DNA of 49,888 bases from Gammaproteobacteria bacterium (GTDB lineage Bacteria > Pseudomonadota > Gammaproteobacteria > GCA-002705445 > GCA-002716945): assembly GCA_045561295.1 (NCBI GenBank), contig JBJKYD010000015.1:1-49888 (forward strand). Reading direction: 5' to 3'. Of the stretch, positions 9,586 through 16,778 are shown piece by piece (position 1 is the first letter of the stretch; each line of letters opens with the position of its first letter). The translations under genes and the position numbers were made by a program. The notes under the pieces are model-generated. The model did no database searches, was not told the DNA's origin, and was given only the letters and a program-made list of their open reading frames with translations.

Positions 9586-10818
9586 ATGATCGGACAAATA
9601 CTTTTAAACACACGTTACCTACTTGCACCAATACTAATTATAGTAGCCGGTGCTGGTGTCTTACTAGGCGGTATTATGGCTTGGTTAGGCGTTGTATTAC
9701 TTTTTGTAGGTCTACTAGTAGACATCGCTACAAAATTTGAAACAACAGGCGTTGGGTATGATGAAAACGGTGAAAGTCTTGGATGGCCTACATTCCAAAA
9801 CTTAACAATGTATTTCATGTTACCTATATTCGTACTATTCCAATTAGTAATGGCATGGAGACTTTATACATTCATGGCACTAGGCGGAGCAGAAGGCGCG
9901 GTAGTAATGGAATTAATTCCAGGCATTCTAGTAATGCACGAAGGAATTACAGCTGTTAACTTAATCGGTGCTACATTATCATCAGGTATCTTTATAGGTA
10001 TCGGTATTATTTACGGACATGAATTATCACATACCAAAGGTTTTGGTTTTGTAATTTCACGTTTGATGATGGCATTATCAGGTTCAGCACATTTCTGCTA
10101 TGCACACGTTTACAACCATCACCTAGAACTTGCTAGTGAAGATGATCCTGCAACTGCACCTCGCGGTCGTACAATTTATGGTCATTACCCACTATCATAT
10201 CTAGGACAATCTAAATTCTTATACAACATGGAAAAAGAAAGACTTTCAAGAATGGGAGTTTCATTCATTTCATGGCAAAACCGTTGGATTCGTGGTTATT
10301 TAATGGCAGTACCTACAGTAGCACTATTCTTTATGGCTGGTGGCTGGATAGGTATGGCTGTATTAGCTACAGTCTGGGGAATTTCAAACTTCGAATTAGA
10401 AGCATTGAACTACTTAGAGCACTACGGTTTAATACGTGTAAAAGATCAACCTATTGATTATCGCCATAACTGGGATAACTCAACATGTTTCACAGCATGG
10501 TTCTTCATCGAAATTGGTCGTCAAGCTGACCACCATGATCGTGGAGAAACACATTTCTGGGAACTTGAAAACGTAGGTTGCCCTAATACAGGTTGGGGAT
10601 ACTTTGTAGTATTCTTCATCGCACTTGTACCGCCAATATGGCACTGGTATATGCGTAAAAGATTAGCTGCATGGGATACTCATTTTGCTACAGACGAAGA
10701 AAAAGCGATTGCTGCAAGAATCAACAAAGAAGTTGGTTACGAAGGCACACCTTTCTCAGGCGATGTATTACAAGATGCTGGTAACGTTGACCTTGGCTTA
10801 AGATCAGCTAAGAAGTAA
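9586..10818 (+). CDS. Membrane-bound non-heme di-iron monooxygenase, XylM/CymAa/AlkB family (substrate unknown)
   Basis: His boxes HELSH, HVYNHH, NYLEHYG and RQADHH; DDPATAPRG; XylM-like C-terminus PPIWH..RLAAWD.HFAT..E; several TM segments. Start moved to ATG 9586, which follows a GGAGG RBS (410 aa). Confidence 0.9.
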   Translation: MIGQILLNTRYLLAPILIIVAGAGVLLGGIMAWLGVVLLFVGLLVDIATKFETTGVGYDENGESLGWPTFQNLTMYFMLPIFVLFQLVMAWRLYTFMALGGAEGAVVMELIPGILVMHEGITAVNLIGATLSSGIFIGIGIIYGHELSHTKGFGFVISRLMMALSGSAHFCYAHVYNHHLELASEDDPATAPRGRTIYGHYPLSYLGQSKFLYNMEKERLSRMGVSFISWQNRWIRGYLMAVPTVALFFMAGGWIGMAVLATVWGISNFELEALNYLEHYGLIRVKDQPIDYRHNWDNSTCFTAWFFIEIGRQADHHDRGETHFWELENVGCPNTGWGYFVVFFIALVPPIWHWYMRKRLAAWDTHFATDEEKAIAARINKEVGYEGTPFSGDVLQDAGNVDLGLRSAKK

Positions 10819-10843
10819 CTTACACCCAAGCAGTAAGTAAATT

Positions 10844-10877
10844 TGAAGGTGCCTGGATTTTAATCTAGACACCTTCA
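10844..10877 (+). terminator. Stem-loop after the monooxygenase (attenuator or mRNA-stabilising hairpin)
   Basis: TGAAGGTG-C-CTGGATT-TT-AATCTAG-A-CACCTTCA; weak U tail. Confidence 0.45.
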
Positions 10878-10948
10878 TCTTATTAAAGGGAAGGGGTTTT
10901 TAAGATATATGTCTTATCAATCAGCTAAATCTTATCTCGGAGAAAAAT

Positions 10949-11128
10949 ATGAAAGTAACTTATAATGCAGACGTTTGCACACACGCTGGGGAATGCGTAA
11001 AAGGTGCACCAAATGTATTCAAAGTGGTAGATGGTCAGTTTGTAATTGACACAGCTGCTGATAGTGAAGAAAATATAAGAGCAACTGTAGGTAACTGCCC
11101 GTCAGGCGCACTTGTAATCGAAGAGTAA
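10949..11128 (+). CDS. Small divergent 4Fe-4S/3Fe-4S mono-cluster ferredoxin (Fer4_19/YjdI-like), 59 aa; absent from the ORF track
   Basis: GGAG RBS; MKVTYNADVCTHAGECVKGAPNVFKVVDGQFVIDTAADSEENIRATVGNCPSGALVIEE*, with CxHxxxC...CPSGAL. Confidence 0.85.
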   Translation: MKVTYNADVCTHAGECVKGAPNVFKVVDGQFVIDTAADSEENIRATVGNCPSGALVIEE

Positions 11129-11165
11129 AAAAAGTAACTAACTAATTCATAATTAGGGGGTAATT

Positions 11166-11817
11166 ATGCCAATTGGAGATCACTTAAGAGACGTTATGGA
11201 CCTCTATGGAAGTCCAAAATGTCCTCACACAAATGCAGTGCTTATAGCTGCAGGTGAAAAAGGAGTTGATATCAACTCTCACGTAGAAGATGACTGGGGT
11301 CCTAGTTCATCAATCAGAAGCATGAGTCCACTAGGCATTGGACCGGTCCTTAAAGATCGTACAGCAGTAAACGTTGGTCTTAGTAGCATGTATGTCTTAT
11401 CTTGACGATAAAGGATTTGGACCATCACTAGTTCATAGAAATGGTGTAACCAGAGCAAGAATGTTCCAAGAGATCACTATAGCTCAACAAACTGATTGTT
11501 CCGATGATGCTGCATTAGCTGCTGCATTAGATCAATTAGAGGCTACACTAAATTCACCACTTGGAAACATGAAAGGTGACTATTGTGTAGGTCAATACAC
11601 ATTAGCTGATTGTGCTTGGGCAGGTGTATGTCAAGTTGCAACAAACATGGGCAAAGGCACTGCTGTAAGCTCACGTTCTGCTGTCAATACTTGGTTCGCT
11701 GCTGTTCAGTCACATCCATCAACAAGTAAAGAAGCTATCAACCCATTTAGCTGTCTATCTACTAAAGCTGATCATGATGCAAATAGTATGCGTGACGTAA
11801 GAATTAATACTGCTTAA
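11166..11817 (+). CDS. Glutathione S-transferase family protein (about 216 aa), split by one extra base near 11379-11381
   Basis: N-terminal part LYGSPKCPH..IAAGEKGV..SPLGIGPVLKD and C-terminal part MSYLDD..RARM..LDQLEATL..YCVGQYTLADCAW join into one GST if a single base is removed. Confidence 0.8.
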
Positions 11818-11842
11818 TTACAAAAGTATTAATCTAAGAATG

Positions 11843-11877
11843 GAAACCCCAGTTATTAATTGGGGTTTCTTTTTTTT
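11843..11877 (+). terminator. Rho-independent terminator
   Basis: GAAACCCCA...TGGGGTTTC followed by T8. Confidence 0.85.
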
Positions 11878-11941
11878 GTCAAAGTGATAATGTATTATCG
11901 AATATAACGAAACGCTTATACAACATTTTTTATATAGTTTT

Positions 11942-13042
11942 ATGAATATTTATAAATACTTATGGTTTTTTGGAACTAAACCACAAGATAGCGAAGCAAG
12001 ACTATTACCATCTGGTAAAAACTTAGAAGTCTCTCGCGATGAAACACTTTTGAATGCAGCTCTAGAGCAGGGTCTAGATTGGCCTCACAATTGTAAATTT
12101 GGATCTTGCGGTGAATGCAAGTGTCGTTTAGTTAAAGGTAAAATTAAACCCATGGTTGACTTTAGTGAAGCGCTCACAAAACAAGAATTAGCAGAGGATT
12201 ATATTCTTGCATGCCAATCACGGCTAACAATGGATTGTGATATTGAAGTAGAGTTGGGCGATCTCATTAGAGTTCCTGCTAGAACTTGTAATGCAAAAGT
12301 AAAAGCTACTGAAATGCTAACATCAGATATCATGTCTTTAACAATTGGCACTGATAGTGATATCCCTGAAGGTAAAGACAGACCAGGATTAGCAGGTATG
12401 TGGGCTGAACTATCTATACCAGGACTTGAACGTCCTAGATCATACTCATTTGCTAGCGCACCTCAAAATGAAAATAAAAATGAATTTACTTTTTTCATTA
12501 GGAAAGTACCAGGCGGCAAGTTTACCGAATGGCTCTTCAGTGATGACAGAGATCCTGATGAATGTGTCACTATAAATGGCCCATTCGGCACATTTTATTT
12601 AAGAGAAAAAGAAACTCCAATCGTGTGCATTGCAGGCGGTAGTGGATTAGCACCAATAAAAGCAATTTTAGAGGGTGGTGTTAACGATCAAATCAAAAGA
12701 GATGTTATTTTTCTATTTGGAGCGCGCACGCAAGCAGACTTATATTCATTAAAAGAGATAGAAGATATTAAAAATAATTGGAATAAGGACTCATCTTTTC
12801 AATTTATACCTGTTCTTAACATGGAACCAGAAGATAGTGATTGGAAAGGCGCAAGAGGAATGGTTACGGATTACTTTGAGCAAGAAGTAATTCCAAAACA
12901 AAATTTAGATATCAACGGGTGGCAAGCATATTTATGTGGACCTCCTCCGATGGTAGATGCTGCTGGTGTATGTCTCACTAAAAATGGTATTTCTGAAGAT
13001 GAAATCTTCTATGATAAGTTTACAGATTCTAGTAATTTGTAA
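11942..13042 (+). CDS. 2Fe-2S ferredoxin-FAD/NAD(P)H reductase, XylA/CymAb-type monooxygenase electron transfer component
   Basis: WPHNCKFGSCGECKC..LACQ, RSYSFAS, GGKFT, GPFG.FYLR, IAGGSGLAP, YLCGPPPM, FYDKF. Confidence 0.92.
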   Translation: MNIYKYLWFFGTKPQDSEARLLPSGKNLEVSRDETLLNAALEQGLDWPHNCKFGSCGECKCRLVKGKIKPMVDFSEALTKQELAEDYILACQSRLTMDCDIEVELGDLIRVPARTCNAKVKATEMLTSDIMSLTIGTDSDIPEGKDRPGLAGMWAELSIPGLERPRSYSFASAPQNENKNEFTFFIRKVPGGKFTEWLFSDDRDPDECVTINGPFGTFYLREKETPIVCIAGGSGLAPIKAILEGGVNDQIKRDVIFLFGARTQADLYSLKEIEDIKNNWNKDSSFQFIPVLNMEPEDSDWKGARGMVTDYFEQEVIPKQNLDINGWQAYLCGPPPMVDAAGVCLTKNGISEDEIFYDKFTDSSNL

Positions 13043-13172
13043 AAATTTGAAACAGCCCTTATTTATCAATAAATTCTTTACAAATCATTATATTTAGATT
13101 ATTTTATTTCTACGGTATGTGCATAATTTATATCACAATATCGTTAAATGCTAATATAAGAGGAGAGTAAAT

Positions 13173-13445
13173 ATGGGATTTCTATTCGGTAAGACAGCTC
13201 AAGGCACTTATGTCGTTGTAGCTTTCTGGATAGCGTGTTACTACTTCTTCAGCAGCATGTTCCCAATGTGGCACTTTGCACCAGGTTCAAACCCTGGACT
13301 TGCTGGGTGGCCTGTAGCATTACTTATTGGTACACTGTTAATTGTAGCTAATATGATAAGTGTTTATCTTTTCATAAAAGTTGCAGGTAACAGACCATGG
13401 GAATGGTTTGAAGATGGAGTCTACGGACCAGGAGACGAAGGGTAG
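13173..13445 (+). CDS. Small hypothetical membrane protein (2 predicted TM helices)
   Basis: Strong AGGAG RBS, two hydrophobic stretches, acidic Trp-rich tail RPWEWFEDG. Confidence 0.7.
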   Translation: MGFLFGKTAQGTYVVVAFWIACYYFFSSMFPMWHFAPGSNPGLAGWPVALLIGTLLIVANMISVYLFIKVAGNRPWEWFEDGVYGPGDEG

Positions 13446-13584
13446 AAGAATTGCAACGGAAGTTGTGATACTTTAGGAGTCTTAATACAAGGATTTTACG
13501 GGGGAAAGCTTAATTGATTTCAATACTGGACGTATGTCCCCAGCCATAAGACGTTATATATATATATAAATGAGGAAAAGTTAT

Positions 13585-15156
13585 ATGAAAACTTTAAAAA
13601 ATGATTGGAAGCTAGGAGCTGCCGTCGGGACAGCGCTGTCTCTTGGCTCTGCTGGCGCAATCGCAGGACCACACGGGTTCGATCTTCATAACGTGTTAAA
13701 TGGAGCATCAGCATCATTCGCTGGTACATCTATTGCACATACAGAAGATCCAGTATCCGCAGTGTTTGGTAACCCTGCAACGCTTGCACAATATTTCGGT
13801 GGTACTAACTTTATGTTTGGTGCTACTTTCTACATGCCACGTGCGCAAATGCGTCATGATGGTTCAGCTGGTTATGCTGTTACTAGAGGTAATAGTCTAA
13901 AGCTTGTAGTCAATGGCTCTGGTGTAACAAATGGTGATAATCCAGCGACTGCCTCAACTGAGACAGACGGCGGAGCTTCGCCAGGTGATACTGTAGATCA
14001 ATACTACGGTTTTGACTCAAGATCTGCACAAGATCTTTACGCTGTACCACAAGTTGCAGTAACACAAGATTTATCAGGTCTTGGTATACCTGTTGTACTT
14101 GGTGTTGGTGTAACAGCTACTAATGGTATTGGTGTTGATTATCAACACACATCAAACGCTATTGGTGCAGCAGCTGAACTTATTAATTTAGGTGTAAACG
14201 CTGGTATCGGTATGAAAATGTCTGACACATTAGACGTTGGTGTAGCTTTAACAATTACTTATGCAATGCTTGAAGCAGGAGTTACAGGCTCTAGCACACA
14301 AAAGCATGACTTAGGTTTTAGAGGTACAATCGGTGCGCGTAAGCATATGGGCCCAATGACTATTGGTATGTATTACCAAGGTGAACTTGAGCATCAATAT
14401 GCAAACTTACACGTAACAAGTAATCATGGAAGTACTCCATTTGATGAGCAGGATGGTGATTCAGATAGAGTAATCGCTGCCTCTGTACAAAACTTGCATG
14501 CAAGTGTGACTTGTAACGGTGATAACGGCACTGTATGTAGACAAGACTTGAAAGTACAACAACCTTGGAACATAGGTTTAGGTATGTCTATGGATATGGG
14601 TAATGGCATGTTAGTAATGGCTGACTTTACACATAAAGCATGGTCTGACGCTCATTTCTTTAATGAGTTCTACGATGATCAAAATGTTGTATCTATAGGT
14701 ATTCAAAAAACTATGGGTAACTTGAAGCTTCGTGCAGGATACGGATATGCAGATGATCCACTACTCAGCCAAGTTCAAGAGGGCGTTGAAGTTAAAACCA
14801 TTGGTGGTATAGATGTTCATGGTAATGCTTATACATCTCCAATGTACGGAATATTTATGTCTTACTTCCAAGCTATGGAAACACCTGTAATCTACAAGCA
14901 TAGATTAGCTGTAGGTCTTGGTGTTGAAAGCTTCTTGGGTGTTCCATTTTTATCATTGGACGCGCATGCAGCTGTTCAGCTTGAAGAAGATAAGTGTTTT
15001 GGTTCTGGTCAAACAGGATACTCAGGTGGCACAGGAGCTGCTGGCGGTACCGCACTTGGTGGTGGTCTAGCTGATGCTGGATGTACTGCATCTGATCACT
15101 CCAAAGCAACAGTTTCATCATTCCATATGGGTGGTGCTTTAACTTGGGCATTCTAA
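13585..15156 (+). CDS. FadL/TodX/XylN-family outer-membrane channel for hydrophobic compounds
   Basis: Signal peptide; GASASFAGTSIA..DPVSAVFGNPATL; LRAGYGY; amphipathic beta strands; C-terminal Phe. Start moved to ATG 13585, which follows GAGGA. Confidence 0.85.
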   Translation: MKTLKNDWKLGAAVGTALSLGSAGAIAGPHGFDLHNVLNGASASFAGTSIAHTEDPVSAVFGNPATLAQYFGGTNFMFGATFYMPRAQMRHDGSAGYAVTRGNSLKLVVNGSGVTNGDNPATASTETDGGASPGDTVDQYYGFDSRSAQDLYAVPQVAVTQDLSGLGIPVVLGVGVTATNGIGVDYQHTSNAIGAAAELINLGVNAGIGMKMSDTLDVGVALTITYAMLEAGVTGSSTQKHDLGFRGTIGARKHMGPMTIGMYYQGELEHQYANLHVTSNHGSTPFDEQDGDSDRVIAASVQNLHASVTCNGDNGTVCRQDLKVQQPWNIGLGMSMDMGNGMLVMADFTHKAWSDAHFFNEFYDDQNVVSIGIQKTMGNLKLRAGYGYADDPLLSQVQEGVEVKTIGGIDVHGNAYTSPMYGIFMSYFQAMETPVIYKHRLAVGLGVESFLGVPFLSLDAHAAVQLEEDKCFGSGQTGYSGGTGAAGGTALGGGLADAGCTASDHSKATVSSFHMGGALTWAF

Positions 15157-15203
15157 GTTAGAGAAAAGTATTTATATTACAATGATGTAATATAAAAGTA
15201 ATT

Positions 15204-15229
15204 AGAGGGAGGATTAGGTTCTTCCCTCT
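15204..15229 (+). terminator. Stem-loop between the channel gene and mtoX
   Basis: AGAGGGAGGA-TTAGGT-TCTTCCCTCT; no long U tail. Confidence 0.45.
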
Positions 15230-15267
15230 GATATTTAATATTAAATATAAAAAGGAGCGCGCAAATA

Positions 15268-16629
15268 ATGAAAAAACTTATATCAACTTTATATGGTATG
15301 TTGATGTCAGCTTTTCTTGCAGTAGCACTTGTACCAACACAAGCATTCTCAGATGAGACATGCATGTCACCATACATGGCTAAAATCGTAGGCCAAGAGG
15401 ACTACGTATATGTATGGACATTAGGTCAAGTGGGCGTAGGAGATGAACAGGATAAATTGGTAACTATAGCAGTTAATCCAAATTCTCCACACTACGGCAA
15501 TGTAATTGGACACGTTTCTGTCGGTGGACGTAATGAAGCTCATCATTCTGGTTTTACAGATGATAGACATTACCTCTGGGCAGCAACACTAGATACCAGT
15601 AAAATTTTCATTTTTGATGTTCATACAAATCCTAACAAACCAAAACTTCATAAAGTTATTACTAACTTTGTAAAAGCTTCTGGTGGAATTGTAGGACCTC
15701 ATACAACATATGCACTACCAGGAAGAATGATGATTTCTGGTCTTTCTAACAACCAAGACTTTGGTGGTAGAACAGCACTTGTTGAATATACAAATGATGG
15801 TACATATGTAGCTACATATCACATGCCACATGATGAAAACCTTTATGGTGCTACTAAAACAGGACAAATAGCTGATGGATACGGATATGATGTTCGTGCA
15901 TTACCACGTCGTAATGTTATGATCACATCTTCATTCACAGGTTGGAATAACTACATGATGAACTTAGGTAAACTCATGGGTGACTCTGATGCTATGAAAC
16001 GTTTTGGTAACACAGTAGTAGTATGGGATTTACATTCACGTAAACCTAAAAAAGTATTTGACGTACCAGGTGCACCGCTTGAAATTAGATGTGCATGGGG
16101 TTCACAAAATAACTACTGCTTCACTACAACAGCATTGACTTCACAAATCTGGTTGATTTATGAAAAAGATGGCGAGTGGCACACTGAATCTGTAGGAACT
16201 ATTGGTGATCCTGCAAAAATTCCACTACCTGTAGACATCTCTATTACAGCTGATGATCAACATTTATGGGTAAATACATGGAATGATGGCATGACAAGAG
16301 TATTTGATATTTCAAATCCTCACATGGCAAAAGAAGTGTACACACACAAAATTGGTGACCAAGTAAACATGCTATCTCAAAGCTGGGATGGAAAACGTGT
16401 ATACTTTACATCATCACTATTAGCTAACTGGGACAAAGCAGACGGACCAGAAAAAATGCCTCAGTTCTTCAAAGCATATCATTACAAAGATGGCAAATTG
16501 GAATTCCAATTCGCTCTTGATTTTGCTAAAGAAAAACTTGGTATGCCTCATCAAATGAGATTTGGTGCATATTCTTTATATGCTAAATCTCCAAAAGATG
16601 GAGCTAAAGTCGCAGAACTTTCTAAGTAA
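15268..16629 (+). CDS. mtoX: Methanethiol oxidase (SBP56/SELENBP1 family), periplasmic
   Basis: Signal peptide ending AFS followed by DETCMSPY; GRNEAHH, GPHT, GYGYD; SSFTGW and LLANWD carry the candidate TTQ tryptophans; followed by SCO-MauG as in known mto clusters. Confidence 0.93.
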   Translation: MKKLISTLYGMLMSAFLAVALVPTQAFSDETCMSPYMAKIVGQEDYVYVWTLGQVGVGDEQDKLVTIAVNPNSPHYGNVIGHVSVGGRNEAHHSGFTDDRHYLWAATLDTSKIFIFDVHTNPNKPKLHKVITNFVKASGGIVGPHTTYALPGRMMISGLSNNQDFGGRTALVEYTNDGTYVATYHMPHDENLYGATKTGQIADGYGYDVRALPRRNVMITSSFTGWNNYMMNLGKLMGDSDAMKRFGNTVVVWDLHSRKPKKVFDVPGAPLEIRCAWGSQNNYCFTTTALTSQIWLIYEKDGEWHTESVGTIGDPAKIPLPVDISITADDQHLWVNTWNDGMTRVFDISNPHMAKEVYTHKIGDQVNMLSQSWDGKRVYFTSSLLANWDKADGPEKMPQFFKAYHYKDGKLEFQFALDFAKEKLGMPHQMRFGAYSLYAKSPKDGAKVAELSK

Positions 16630-16692
16630 AGTTCTGTCTAAGTTATTAGACACCCTCATTGGTGGTTAATAACGTAAAATGGCTGAAACGTT

Positions 16693-16724
16693 GAGGCCGC
16701 TTGATCTAGGTTAAGCGGCCTTTT
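16693..16724 (+). terminator. Rho-independent terminator after mtoX
   Basis: GAGGCCGCTT...AAGCGGCCTT followed by T residues. Confidence 0.7.
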
Positions 16725-16778
16725 ACGTACTAAAATAAAGGTTGTTTGAATACCAAAATAAACTAAAATAAGACAGGG

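Noticed and set aside
9586-10818. Calling the gene alkB or xylM outright
   Set aside because: There is no rubredoxin, the last His box is altered, and no alkane or aromatic downstream genes are present. The family is clear but the substrate is not.
15000-15090. GGT/GGC-rich stretch as a tandem repeat or mobile-element scar
   Set aside because: It is explained by a Gly/Ala-rich loop in the channel protein and has no exact repeat unit.
15268-16629. Generic selenium-binding protein or selenium metabolism
   Set aside because: The signal peptide, candidate TTQ tryptophans and SCO-MauG neighbour point to methanethiol oxidase. No in-frame TGA was seen here or in the FDH active site.
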